Below, in pieces: positions 37,662 to 51,775 of a DNA stretch of 64,000 nt. Source of the DNA: Saccostrea echinata (lineage: Eukaryota). The stretch spans positions 1,612,001 to 1,676,000 of the forward strand of contig NW_026889789.1 of the NCBI RefSeq assembly GCF_033153115.1, in the 5' to 3' direction. The translations under genes and the position numbers were made by a program. Position 1 is the first letter of the stretch. Each line of letters starts with the position of its first letter. The notes beneath the pieces were generated by a model that saw only the letters and a program-made list of their open reading frames with translations, was not told where the DNA came from and did not search any database.

Positions 37662-40600
37662 GGCTATAATAATAAAAAAAAAAAACTACTAGATTCTCAT
37701 CCAAATGTTTTGAAAAATTGGGGAGGGGGCTAATTTTATTTTTTATTTCTATTTTACGAAAAATGGAGTAAGCACTCATACAACATTTATAAGGTATGGA
37801 TAACAACACATCATTTTTAATTCAGTAGTTTATTTGGTTAAAGCATAGCAATATTTCATACATGAATCCACAGATCTATCTTAAAGTTACTTAGCTCTAC
37901 CTGTTATGAACATTTTTCCCCTTTTGTCAATAAGGTGTTTTCTTGCTTGTCAACAGTTGTCACAAATTGCATACATATTTTCATTTTCAATAAGATTCCC
38001 ATCTTGTCCACAATAGTAGCTGAAAAATGAGTAAATTCCATAGGCATTTCAAAGAAAAGATTTCTTCTCACATAAACTGACCTCAAAATATTATTTTCCT
38101 CTGTCTCAATATCACTGAAGTCTGATCCACAAGAATAAGACAAATCGAACAGAACATTTTGTAATTGATTTCTCTTTAAACCTCTTACTACATGCTTGCT
38201 GTGTAAGACTCTGGGGGCGATCACATTCAGAACAATAAATAACCATTGAAACATTTTTTGCAGTTTGGGAAGTAGGGGAAAAAGGAACTCCATGCGGGTT
38301 TTCTGGCTTCTTTGCTACAAGGGAAGGCCTATATTTTTTCAGTGGTGGGTTTTCCTTATAACTCATCAACTGATTTATATTTGTCCCCATTTTCAGGTTC
38401 TGGGTCTGGGATAAATTCAAGGTTTTTAAAAGTGCTTACTGGCAGTCTACGGGGCTTGCAGAGTTTACAGGATGACTTGCCACATTTAAAAGCACAAAAA
38501 AGATAGTGTCTAATACAACAACGAGAGGATAAAAAGTCATGAAACTCATTTTTATTTTTCAGCTGCTGCTGAGTTGTGCTACAATCTATCAGAGCTGGGT
38601 CTATTTTAGATATATTGGAACTGAATTTTCCTATATCTTCTTTGAATGCTGGTGAAGAAGATTTTAAGTGTTTTTCCATTTCAGGCGATTAATTACCCCA
38701 TTGAGTAATATCTTAACAGGTTCAATGCTATCTTTAATTTAATTTTCAAGATGCTCTTCCCTATCAGCAATTTTTTAAATTTCTGATATAGTTGACAGAC
38801 TTCTAAGTTTTGTTTCAAAGGAAGATGATGGCTGTCTCATAGGACCTACAGACTGAAACCCTAAATTAAGAACAGCCATTATTCGTTCTGCTGGGTTTTT
38901 CCAAGAATTGTTGGGGGTTTTCGAACACACACAAGCATGGCTAAATCCTGCTCATAAAACAAACAAATTAAAGACATCTGAACAGTTGCATATGTTAATC
39001 TGTGGTCAGGACCACCATCACAATACATTGCAAGGATAGGTTTGTTCTTCTGACCCTCGCACTTCAAAACATTGTGCAATTCTGTTGCATGTCGCCAGGA
39101 ATCTGAAGGTTCAAAGCAATTTTTCCTTTCCAACATACACTTGCCCTCCATAGAATGTTTCCTCAATTGAATCAGGGATGTCAACAATAAGATTTACACT
39201 CGGGGTAAGAGCAAATTTAGTAAAATCATGATTTGTGAATTCGAACCTTTTACCCATGGCAACAAGAACAGATTTGCCTCTTTCTACCATGGCAACTGGA
39301 TTACCAGGTTCACCTACTATCACTTTATGCTTATCATCCACATACACAAAGCATGCATCATCCTTGAACTTTATAGCAAACTTCTTTAAATATCAAAACA
39401 ATGCTGAAGTATAGTGAGAGTCAACATGAGTTTTTTCTAAATTGTCTGCTTTGTATCATGAATTTGATTTTCAATTTACCTGTATATTTCCAAGAGGATT
39501 TGAAGTGGCAGTTTCGTGGCCAAAATTGATAACGCAACCTTTGACGGAATTTTTGTGCCAGATGGACACTGTTAAGTAACTTGTTCATGCAATTCTCTTA
39601 TAGAAAAAGCATTAGCCAAAAGTGTAATGACATCACCATCTGAATCAACTTTATCATGCCGTCTATCATCAACTGCCACTTCAACTTTCTGGGAAATATA
39701 CTTCTGACATTCTTTTAAAAATTCAGTATATAACTCTCGTCTCCCCTTGTTGTTCACTCTTAAATTCCAGATTAAATCAGAATTTTCAGTATCTAGAATC
39801 TCTGCTACCCGCTTGTCGACCTCATTCTCTGTGATGCTTGCAGAGCATTCTGTCAGTCTCCAGTCGGTCTGCGATATGCTTCACGAAAAAAGGCGACGAC
39901 GCATTGCCCTGGTATGAAATTTTGGTAAAGTTTTTAAAAGATTGGAGGAAATTTTAGCATTTTTATCAAGAATTTCCTTTTCTGAGGAATCTGCTGGCAC
40001 TTTCCACAGAAACACAAGATGTTCTTTAGAACCAGTATAGGTATATTTTACACACTTCACAGGAACAACTAAACCTTTTATATAATCAAATTGTCTGTTG
40101 GGTTCTCCTGGTGCATAGTCGTTGACTAGGACTGGTTCATACATTGGGCTATGAATCAAGGCTGTATGCAGCAACTGGTATCTGAAAAGTTTTAAGTTTT
40201 GTTCATATATTGCATTTACAACATTTTTGTGTTAGAATTTTTTTTTCAGTGAAATTAAAAGTGAAATATTTTTGCCATGCTTCAATATATAATTAAACTT
40301 TATACCTTGATTTTTGACCAGGTAACACTGGCTTGGGCGACAAAGTTTCCCAAGACTACTTTTCCCCTATGACAGTTCTGGCTGCATTTGTTGATGTCCT
40401 TGTCCTTTGTTCTCTTCTTGGAACCAAACTCTTTTAAAACTTTCTGCACACCTTTCCAATTATCTCTATTAAGATATCAATTGTTGCTTAACAAAAGTAT
40501 GGCTGTGGCATGTGAACGCAACGTCTCTTCTTGTAAACATGTTGGATGAAGCTTTCTTTTTTTTCTTTGATTCTGGACAACAACGATATCCTTTATAAAA

Positions 40601-41820
40601 TGTTTTAAGATTCGGGAATGTTACAACCTCTTCCTTCCGATGTGTGATGGTTGCTGTCTATGTACCACAGACAACCTGTCAATGTATTCACTAATGATTT
40701 GCCTAGGGTGTCAATGAAATATATGGAGATAACGAACAGTATTCAAGCTCAAAAGTCCATTAAACAATACAAAATAGGAGCAGAGCAAACACGGACCTCT
40801 AAACATCAGAGGTGGGATCAAGTGCCATGGAGGAGTGAGCATCCCCTGCCGACCGGTCACACCCGCCGTGTGCTCCTTGTCATGATCGGGAAATAACGGA
40901 AAAATCCGTCGACAATTCAGTGTGTAAATAATGGCCTAACAATTAGTATGAAAAACGTCAGTCAGCATTTGACTCAATGATAAATTGTATTTGGTGACAT
41001 GGTCATTGTATCGACCATAGAACTTACGAAATGATGACTTTAAACGAAACAACTGATATTCTATACATGCACACTGATATTCTATACATGCACACTAAAG
41101 AAACCAACATTTTGCTCTTTCAGCCAATCAATAACGTCATTCTGCAGTTTAAACTTGCCACTTAGTAGGTTATCATGCTTTGGAGGCAGATGACTCGCTT
41201 TTAATACTGTCGACATAAGAATACTGAATGCATCATTGATAGTACTCTGAGTAGATGGCACTGAATAATTGTCTGTGTTTTGTGTGAATTGAATGTAATG
41301 CCCTAAGAAAGAAGTAATGTCACCAACCGTACACTGTGGGTCACAGGACACGAAATTTCCATCTTTTGATTTTCCTGCAGCTACCGTATTTATTTGCGCC
41401 AATGTGTTATTGTTATTGGCATCAATCGGGGACGAGTTATCAATTTTCCCAGAATAAAAGTCATTGTATAGTTCTAGTAGGGTGTATGTATCTTTAACTA
41501 CACAGCCATACCAGTCTTTCACGACCCTTGGTCCTTGTTTTACGCATAATACTGTAAACACCATTCTATATATGTTTAGTAGGCTTTCAAAACTTCGTTT
41601 ACAAAGTGACATTCGCGGGAAAAACAATGGAAGTTCAATGGCAAGCTGAATACCGAGCCCGATTACACGTATATTTGAGACGTAGATTTAAAACAAAGAA
41701 CTGTAAAATTTCTGGATTTTATTGGGAAAGAAAACAAAAATTTAAAAAAATCGCGGCAGGGGTAAAAATCGGGGCGGGCGGGGATGAGAAACTTGGAATT
41801 TTTTTTTTTTTATTAGGGCC
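37662..41820 (-). mobile_element. Full-span but decayed Zator DNA transposon
   Basis: GG-starting imperfect TIRs ggc.xtaata(a)n...ttctcatcc at both ends; TAA TSD (37659-61 and 41821-23); frameshifted transposase with DDKHKVIVGEP, HDF...TPSV, DGGPDH, SWKNPAERIMAVLNLG and Cys-rich C-terminus. Confidence 0.85.
40712..41050 (-). mobile_element. 5'-truncated Penelope-like 3' fragment inserted in the Zator ORF
   Basis: Reverse complement aligns with 42000-42330 (tcgtttaaagtcatcatttcg.aagtt..atggtcgatacaatga...tgttaggccattattt); adjacent 21-bp tandem duplication actgatattctatacatgcac at 41052-41093. Confidence 0.8.
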
Positions 41821-42335
41821 TAACGTGACGGTCTCAACTTTTTCTATCGTCAAACTCCTTACTTATGTAGCAATATACTCTTATCACCTGCATATGGTGT
41901 TTATACTTCCCAGTCGATTCGATACGCAAGAATATTCTCCATGTACGAACAATTTCTAAAACGATGCAAAATAGTTTATGAAACAAGGATATGAACAGTC
42001 TCGTTTAAAGTCATCATTTCGCAAGTTACATGGTCGATACAATGATCTTGTCAAGAAATACAATCTATCATTAAGTCGAATTCTGACTGAAGTTTTTCAT
42101 ACTAAGTGTTAGGCCATTATTTAAACACTGATTTGTCTATGGATTTTTCTGTTCGCCCGATCATGACAATGAACACACTGCGGGTGTGTCTTGTCGACAG
42201 GAGATGCTTATTCCTCCATGGAACCTCGTCCCACCTCTGATGCTTTTAAGAGGTCCTTATTTGCTTTGCACCTGATTTGTATTGTTTCGATGGACTTCTG
42301 AGATTGATTACTGTTCATTTTCATTGCATTGTCCT
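41821..42335 (+). mobile_element. Penelope-like RT pseudogene, part 2, with 3' UTR
   Basis: Continues part 1: RD...LCSNI..SPAYGVYTSQ.IRYAR...KQGYEQSRLKSSFRKLHGRYNDLV, stop, then the conserved 3' motif; no C-terminal GIY-YIG domain seen. Confidence 0.8.
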
Positions 42336-42432
42336 TGCTCAAAAGGGTTGATCAAAACAAGAAGATTTTCTTCACTCTACCTGGAATTAAAAAGTTCAAA
42401 ATGAATCTGAAATGTACTATATTTAAGATGTA

Positions 42433-43408
42433 CAAGGGGTGATCAAAGAGTTCGCGAACTATCTCTATATTTAAAAAAAAAAACACAATTCAGATCAGAA
42501 TGAAATTTGGCATACATATAGTCATACACATGTTCTATAAACAGTAGGTGTTAAATAATGTTTTGCTCCGTGTTTGTGACGTCATAATGTGAAAATATCG
42601 TAAGTATGTAGGTCACTTGTGATAAAAAAAAATGGTGGACTCAGTCGTACTCGAGCATCGATTGGCTATAATGTTTGACGTATATCTCGGAAATTCCTTT
42701 GCAGTAGAATATGATAATTTGTACAAAGTTTATGAAGACAAAAGACTTACCAGAAGTTCAATCATTAATTGGATTGAATGTTTCAGTGAAGGCAGGGGGA
42801 TATTTAAAAATGATGTTTGTTCTGTTGCCCAGCGAAAGCAAGCCGGTAAAAAGATGTGTCCTTAGTTGAACGATTTGTTTTTAAAAATCGCCAAATTACA
42901 GTAAGAAAAATAGTTGAATAGCTGAGCAATAATTTAATTATTAAATCCCCAAAATATCGTTTACTTTAGACTTTAAACATATGAGATATGAAAAAAATGA
43001 AGGTGCCCATTTTTTCAACATTGGATAAACGACGCTCCTGAGACAGAGGACACAGGTTGTGATGGATGCCATGCTAATTCTGGGAAGGGATATCCTTATC
43101 CACCCATCCTATTGCCACGATTTGGCCATTTCTGACATGCAGATGGTCTGTTCTTCTTATAAAAAATTACTTGCATGGTAAGAAATATAAGACTCGGAAA
43201 AATCTCTTAGCTAGCTTCTGTGAACAGCCCGCTACGAAGCATGTCACGTGACCGCCTGGATCACGTGATTCGCGCATGGGCAGAACAATGGCAGATGTGT
43301 ATTAAAATCGGAGAGGACTACTTTAAAAAATGATAAAAACTAAAACCTCATTTTATTTCTTTTAAGGAAGTAATTCAATTAGTTCGCGAACTTGTTGATA
43401 TCCCCTCG
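42433..43408 (+). mobile_element. Decayed, internally deleted mariner element
   Basis: TA-caaggggtgatcaaagagttcgcgaact ... agttcgcgaacttgttgatatcccctcg-TA; N-terminal HTH remnant (ORF 42632-42865) and HPSYCHDLAISD, a decayed YSPDLAPSD motif. Confidence 0.85.
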
Positions 43409-45153
43409 TATAACTCTCTCTGACAGTTTTTTATGAAGAACAAAAGAACAAATTTTTGTGCGTGCATTGTTCTGCTTCTTCTATAATGATACATATTTCT
43501 ACAATCAAAAAGCAACTATCTTATTCTTTATAGTAAGCAAGAAAAAGAACGTGGAACAAGCTTAAAAAATTAATCTGGTTAAGATTAAGAAGGGTGGTAG
43601 ATTTCACTTTAGATTTTTATTACAAAGTATCGTACAATGTCGGTAATTATGTGACAGATTAGTTTATCATTTGTGGTGAATTTTGAATCCACAAGTCCTC
43701 GCTAACAGAGTAGGAGTACATGTATATTAGAAACACTAAGAAATGGCATGCTTAGTGAAATGAAATTAGCTTTCTCACACCTGCTGTAATCATGTTCCGG
43801 TAAAGAGTTATCGTTCATTACATCGAACCATAGCAGATATTGAAAGGCCTGCATTGTAAATGTAATGAATATGTCAGTAACATTTCATGCATAAAACATT
43901 TAATGTTTGTTTAATATGTTAAACTTTTTATTGATTTTTTTTTTTTTTTTTGACTTCTAATAGTAAGACATGGACAAATCCAGTTTTTAATATGACTATG
44001 GAGATGGAGAATCAGAGTTTGAGTAAGAGATTTTCTAATCCATTTTCTGCGAAAGGATTCATCGACTCCTTATGACAGTTATTTCCCTTTGAATACTCGA
44101 GCCTTTTTCACAAGGGTCTTACTTCTTAATGGTGAGACATATAAACATGGAACTGTCTGATATGGGCTTGTCGACTATTGAACATGAACACAAAGGTTAA
44201 GGTCAAATGTCAAGGTCATTGGTAATCTAGAAAATTGCTTATATAAGCATTTGCTCAAATGAATCGCTCTTTGACATTAGACTTAAGGGTATGAAGTTTA
44301 TCTCAGTTTGCAGCCTAGAAAATAAAGAAAATAATATATTTTAGGGGGAAAAAAATAAGATATCGAAACAGCCCCCTAAAAATATTGAAGAAAAACAAAC
44401 ATGATATTGACCTTTGACCCAAAGGTCAGGACATAGAAGACTTTCTCAATCTAATGTCTAATTCTAATGTCAATCTCATCTAATTCTCTCCGGATCTATC
44501 AAGTGTTTCAAGGCTAGGATCCACAATCCGGTGACCGAGTCCAACCTAGGGTTTTCCATATGACTGTTTGCAAACATCTGTATTTTTTGTGTATTAGGTT
44601 TATTTCATTTGAACTTTACTAATTTTCGTAACTGAATACAACATCAAACGAATCAAATAAAACATTTATATAAATAATGACAAAATATATTATAATCTCT
44701 ATATATTTAGAGAGAAAAAGACACGTGTCAGGCACAGCAGATTCATTGTTACATGTAGGTTATAAATAGCATGCATACAAATCTCTAAAACTGTATTTCT
44801 TACATTGCACATATGCAAAAAACTGATTACTTTAACTCATTTATCACAAAAAAAAAAACAAACAAACAAACAAACAAACAAATTCTAGTCAAAGAGTTTT
44901 ATATATTAAAAAAAAAAAAAAAAAACTAAAATTTTACACCAATTAAAATTGTCAGAATCATTTACTACTGCGTACCACTTTTCAAAACAAACAAAGAAGA
45001 CGGCCGAACTTGATGTAGAAAAATAGCATATTTTCCTGCAATTTTTTTTTCTTTTTTCATCCCAAGTGATAGAGAAACATTCAAGAAGGTGGAAAGACCT
45101 TATTTGTTCTCTGAGCAATTTGTATACTAGTTGTTGTTGTTGTTGTTGTTGTT

Positions 45154-45194
<41 letters not shown>

Positions 45195-46783
45195 AAATAC
45201 TATTTTGAAGTTAAGTACACTTTAAATCAAATTTGCTATAATGCCAAACATAAATGCACAAAATTGTGTACGTACAGTATTTTCCAAACCTTATTAGTAA
45301 TTTAGCTATATTTTTTCAAGTGTTTCCTGTTTCCTGAAATCACTGACAAACACAACTTTTCATTATTGCTTGTTGCCCTGTTTATTGTTTAAGAGGAAAA
45401 ATCCATCCACGTAGTGTCAATGTAAGGAAGTTTTAATCCTAAAAATACCTATTACATTGATGACTTTTAAGTGGGATAACCATTTGTGAAAGAGCTTCAA
45501 AGCGTACAGAAATACTAATAAAAATATCCGGGACACGAAATAAGGTATTCCATAATGAATACATTGTGATTTTGCTAATATGAATATTATCATGCCATAT
45601 AAATTTATGCAATCATTATCATATAACAAGAAAAAGTAAGATACAAAGAATAAAAAGAATAATTCAGAAGGTCGACATCATTTATGTGCAATTAATAACG
45701 GCCAGAGAATGTGAAAAGGTTGACTATAAAGTGACAGCTAGGGACAGGAAACGTGGCAATTATCCCAAGTCTCACAAATTTTAACCCATCTTTGCTGTCC
45801 AAGAGGTTCCGAAATTTTCGGATCACAAACCCTTGGCTAGCGAAGATATTTTTTTTTTTTACCATAAACACTTAATTGTTCTAAATAATAAAATTCAAAC
45901 TGCCTCTTTTCTTTTCTCTTTCGTATACAGAATAGTTCCGTAAAGGGATTTGATCTGTAGATAGCATAATCTATGTTTTAATAACCCAATAGCATATAAA
46001 CTTAAATTCCTTTTCTAGCGCATTTTATCAAGTTCATTTCAGTATATTCTAATTTCAAAGGATCACACTTGTTCTAGTCCCACATCTTTGAACAGGGTTG
46101 CATTCGACTTGTGAGCATTTACATACATGTATACAATGTCAGTAAGGAAATTTACAAGTTTGATTGCAATATAGTTCCCAGAACCCTGGTGAACAAGCTA
46201 TAAAAAAGAGAGATAATCAGCACCTTATATAGAATTCCGAATGTTAAACTCATCGTTTTTTTTTTTATTTTTTGTGCAAAAACAGAGAACTTGGGATGTT
46301 CAGTATGTATTAAAATTGTACTTCATCAGAATAAGACTTACGATCACATTTTTGATCTCGCTTTCCCAAATCTTTACAGGAAAAGGCATTTCTAATCAAG
46401 ATTAATTCAAATTTACTATATTTTCTTAGATTTTTGTTCAATTGATACATTGAATATGTTAACTAATGTAAGAAATACATTTTACTTACGTTAATCCTGA
46501 AAAAAAAAATAGATGCACTGGCAGACTGCTATAACATTAATTAATGAGAATGGATGAAAGCCACAGTTTTCCATTTGTTGGGGGGGGGGGGGGGGGGTTG
46601 CATGCGTTAATTTCTAATCTTTTGTTATGCCAAAAATGTGACTGATACTTTTTACCAATTGCTGCATATACTATGTATACATCCTGATGTTTTTTTTTTT
46701 TCATAATGCTGATGTATTTTTTCTTTATTAAGTACCATTTTACAATCTTAAACAATTTTGTTCTACGTGTATTTGTTTGTATG

Positions 46784-46819
<36 letters not shown>

Positions 46820-47208
46820 GTTGCATTTGTTTTATGGACATTTACTTAATAAATTATCAATTTTACTTTTCATACAACCTGTAACAGTTGAGAATTTATA
46901 TATAAGGATAGCCTAGCATAAAATTTGATATGCATGTACTTTGAAATCTCAATGTCTATCCAAATGATTCGGTGGTTTTGCTGTCTATCCAATCGATTCG
47001 GTGGTTTTGCCTTTAAGCTGAATCAATAATCCCAAACTTCTTGAATAAACTAAATTTAACTACATTTCGACATATTAAGTGAAAGTTACTATTGAAATGT
47101 TTTTTCTGGTGTGTATTTTTCCATAAAATAAATTAAAAAAGTATGTTTTAATTAACAGAAAGCAGAAAACCAAAGAACAGGATACTTTAATAAACTCCGC
47201 ACATACAG

Positions 47209-47248
<40 letters not shown>

Positions 47249-47559
47249 GTGTATCTATCCCAGTCACATCCTACCTGCTCAGTATACAGGTTGCTCCAAA
47301 CGCTGCATGGTTTCTCAAAATGGTTAGCATTTATTGACCCTGATCACGATGTTCCCGACAATTATTTGAATGATAGGAAAAAACTGACCAAAATCGGTTA
47401 TGGCGAAAAGCAGTTCGTATTTTTTTAAATTATTGAGGATATTAATAAGTTTAAAGATAGTTTTTTTTTTAGGAATGAATTATCTATCCATTTTCAGAAA
47501 TAATATTCTGATTAATATTAAAGGAATGATGAATTAATAAGTATGAATATGGATAAGAG

Positions 47560-48020
47560 AATTCAATATCGATAGTAATAGGACTTCTTAAACAAGTATA
47601 TGAGTACACTAGTCTACAGATTGACAGATCTACATGCCAGCGACACCATAGGTTGATAGTGATAGGAGTATATAATCTACAAGTCGACAGATCTACATGC
47701 CAATTGTATAATAGGTTAATTATTTTGAGAGTATACAATTCTACAATCCTACAGGTTACATGGCAGCTGTATAATATGTCAATAGTTATAGGGGTATTCA
47801 GGTCGACAGATCTACATGTCAGCTCTAAAACAAATTAATTGGTTGTAAAATTGTAAAAGTATACAGCTTTACTTGTCGTTTATACAATAGGATGACAGTT
47901 ACAGAAGTATAAAAGCCTATACGGGTCTACAGGTCGACAGGTCAACGGGTCTACAGGTCGACAGGTCAACGAGTTAACAGGTCGACAGGTCAACAAGTTA
48001 ACAGGTCGACAGGTAGACTG
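47560..48020. repeat. gtcgacag-rich repeat ending in a 21-bp minisatellite (acaggtcgacaggtcaac...) at about 47920-48015
   Basis: Direct read. Confidence 0.8.
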
Positions 48021-49220
48021 GTGTACAGCTCATTTCTTCAGAAGATTGGCCAGTTTACAAGTCAGGAGAAAAATAAAGCGATATAACCTGTAGACTTGTT
48101 GACCTTTAGCTTTTTCGAACTGTAGATCTTTCGACGAGGACACTTATGGACCCCTACATCCGACATGCCAACATTAGATCTTACAGTACTAAATGTTTTG
48201 AAGTCCTTGTTTTTATTTCGATCCAAATGCATAATTCCAATACCAAACAAAATTATTATCTGTTTATATTGAATATTAGATTTAATTAAGAGATTTTTTT
48301 GTTTTCTAGTTAAAAAGACTATTCACTGCTATTGAAACGTAAGTGATTCCACAGGAACGACATACATGTATCTGTATACCATACTTGGTCCGAAATATTG
48401 ACAATCGTGATCTTTGACGATGTGCTTCAACTTGTTACTTCTATACAAAGTTAATCAATTTATTTTATTTATTTTTCTAGTTATAATAATAAGTAATGCT
48501 TTTGTTAAAGATCTGTTTAGAGGTCAATGGTTAATCACAATCCACAGTTTTTCAAGATTAAACTCTGCTAGTTGTATCTTAACATTACACGTAATTTCAG
48601 TTTTAATGTAAATAATGAATAAACTTTTAAATTTTTATAACTGAGATGTGCTAATTCTGCACGTGAAACGTCATTAAGGAGTCTTATTTTATAAAAACAT
48701 TATGCCAGTCTTGTCAAGTGCAGAAATCGATTTGAAAGTGTTGACCATAAAAATTGTCTTACAATTTACTATCTTGCATAGACGACATTTCCCAGATTAA
48801 CTTGGAATAATATCCGAGAAGCTCCGAGATGTTATAATATCTATTTTTTCATCAAGATATTATATGTACATACATGTATTTGTTCTTTTTTACAACATCA
48901 CATTGTCGTCCTGTAAACTGTATATCTTGAAATATTTTTTAATACTCTGTAACAACAATTGTTCTGGCAAAACCTTAAGCAATACTTAATGAAGCTTAAA
49001 AGAGGGTTGATGCATTCTCTTTCGAAGCAAGACCAAAAGCTCATAAAGTCAGTGGTTATATGGAATATAAAGAATGACTTCCAAATTTCGTATTTGTTTT
49101 CGAACATTAAGGAATACTACAATAATTAATATTTGTCCTGAATAGTCGTGAATAGTTGCTTAACTAAATGTTTAAAATATTATAATTATGTACATTCCCC
49201 AAGTAAAGTAAAATTAATAC

Positions 49221-49525
49221 CTTTAGCTGTAGTAAGCATTGAATTGAGTATGAGTGACACGTCTCCATAAATTGTAGGATCCACCGACATGCAACCGTAA
49301 GCTACATCACATTCTTTTTTCCCACAATTACAAGTCTTCTGACATTATCGTCCATATAAAGGAAATGGACAAGATATTTCACATTTTGTTCCTATGAATC
49401 CGATTGGACAGGCTGAGAAAAAATATGAGTATAACACAGTTGACAGCATTATGTACCCTTTGTCTTTACAAAGACTTGCCTGTGTTCCCCTTATTCTCGT
49501 TCTGAGAATAAAACTACTAAATTTG

Positions 49526-49568
<43 letters not shown>

Positions 49569-49659
49569 AGTATCTCATCTATAATACATGTATATACCAG
49601 AGCATATCTCCCTCTTGTCATCCAATTTAAAACCAGAGCAGCAGTTTCTACCCCCTGAA
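49221..49659 (-). pseudogene. MEGF10-like EGF gene, copy B, with in-frame TAA. Exons 49659-49598, 49412-49221
   Basis: SGGRNCCSGFKLDDKREICS|ACPIGFIGTKCEISCPFPLYGR*CQKTCNCGKKECDVAYGCMSVD...; same exon phases as copies A and C. Confidence 0.75.
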
Positions 49660-51218
49660 CTAGAATTAAAGAAACAGTATTAAATCATATAAGTGCTTCA
49701 AAATAACAGAAATACTGATGTCAAGGGACGACAAAATACAAAACCTAAACTTTACATACAGGAGCTGAAAATACTATTTGACACCAAAATAAAATACCCA
49801 GATAAAGGTTGAACAAATATACCATGATTATGTGTTCAAATAAAATTAATTATTTTTTACAAGGCTAACATCTCTTCTAGGAATTCAGATTGTTCAAGTT
49901 ACTATTATTTCCTCTTTTAATGTTTTAAAATAGATATTTAGCACAGGCATCATAAAATGTATCTTTCACCAGAATTTAGAATTCATTGACATGATGTGCA
50001 GACTCAGCGTCGCCTTATGACGTTTACATGACGTTTACTTCCGTGCTGTGACATCTGTGCATGCTGAAAACGACAATAGGATATCTCTAAAAAGTCACTG
50101 TCGACAATCTGATATAATCATATTTCCCGGTTTCACAATTTTTTTTTTTTTTTTTTTTTTTTTGAAAAGCAATGATTTCAAGAAATAAGAAACATTATCT
50201 TTAAGGCGAAAAAAGAAAACGATTTGTTGCAATGAAAGGGCTCAAATATGCTAAATGTATATCTGCACTTTTAATAGTTAAGCATTTATAGTTGAAATAC
50301 ATTAAATGTTTCTCTTTCATGTAACACAGGCCAGTAGAACGTTTTTTTTTTTTTTGGGGGGGGGGGGGGGGCTCCCTCACTTTTTTTTTCTGAGTATAGT
50401 ATTTTGCTATCGTAAATTTTCATTTAGACACTGGTTAGCTCACCCCTCCCTCCCACCCACACAATTTTTGTTGCTGTACGGCCGAGCACTGGCAATTTCA
50501 GGATTTGGAAAAGTGTAGTTTTTATTTATTTATTTATTTTACTAATTTTATTTATTTATTTATTTTTATTTATTTGTTATCAGACTATTTTGGGAAGTTG
50601 CCCCATCCCCATCCACCCCACATTTTAGACGATTTAATTTTTTTTTTAATTTTGAAACTGTTGCTACGGGCCTGTAATAATTGGAGATACTGTTTAATAC
50701 TTTGACACAACCAGAGACAAAACAAACTAGTAGCAAATTGGATATAATTTAGATCCAGTAAAATAATCAATTTTGATCAATGCAAAATGCATGATTTGAA
50801 TCGCTTTGCTACATGTATTTTCTTTATAGGTCTGCATAAGGAAGTAATTTTACTATAGGCATGTGTCATTATATAGCCTTGTTCATATAATTTTAGAAAC
50901 TAGATCGACACTCCGTAGATAATGTATAAAGCAGAAAGAAAGACTGTTTTTTGACAAAAATTTATGTCTTTTAAAAAAGATTTCATGTAAATTAACATTT
51001 TCTATGTTATTGTGAAAGGTTAATTTATTTTCAAATTTCCATTGACTTCTGCCCTGATAATATAAATATTAGATTCTAGTATGTCTATTTTTACTGTACA
51101 TGTAACTAATACGAATTATGAAATATTACAGTCATGAATTAATGTAAAAGAAATGGACATAATTAACTGTAAATATAATTCTTATTGTATGCTAAATCTA
51201 AGTATTAGCGGTGTACAT

Positions 51219-51775
51219 CAGGAATGGGGTAATTGAAATGAAAAACTGTAATTTACTGTATTTAAATACATTTTTTTTCAACATAATTGAAAGTATTTGT
51301 AATTGAGTTTGCTATCAATTACAAGTAGATCTAATTGAATGTATTTAAATACGTTCCCAAAATGTCATGTATTTTTCATTTACATTTCAATTACATTTCA
51401 AATACTTTATTTTGCAAGTTAAAAATTTTAAAAAGGTGTCTTATTATGATGCATACCAGTACTGTTTGTAAGGGCTTGTGTTTATTTAATAATTAAATGC
51501 CTAATAATGTCTATACAGCATAAACACACTGCCCAGGGCAATGGGAGAGGTCAAATTCAATAGTATTGCTGCTTCAAAATATTCATGTATTTGTTCTTCA
51601 AAATTTTTTATTACTAAAGTAATTGATGTGTATTTAATTACACTCTACAAAGTAATCTAGAGTAATTAATTACATTTGTTAAAATCCATGTAATTGTAAT
51701 TGCAAGTAATTGACAAAACTGTCAATGTATTTAAAAGCATTTAATTACATTTTCAAGTATTTGACCCCAACCCTG
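51219..51775. mobile_element. hAT-type MITE
   Basis: cagg..tggggt ... accccaaccctg; 8-bp TSD gtgtacat / gtgtatat; many gtaattg/aattac subterminal repeats. Confidence 0.75.

Noticed and set aside
37250-42335. Selenocysteine recoding as reported for some Naiads
   Set aside because: The copy is frameshifted, with no in-frame TGA at Cys positions or SECIS that I can support
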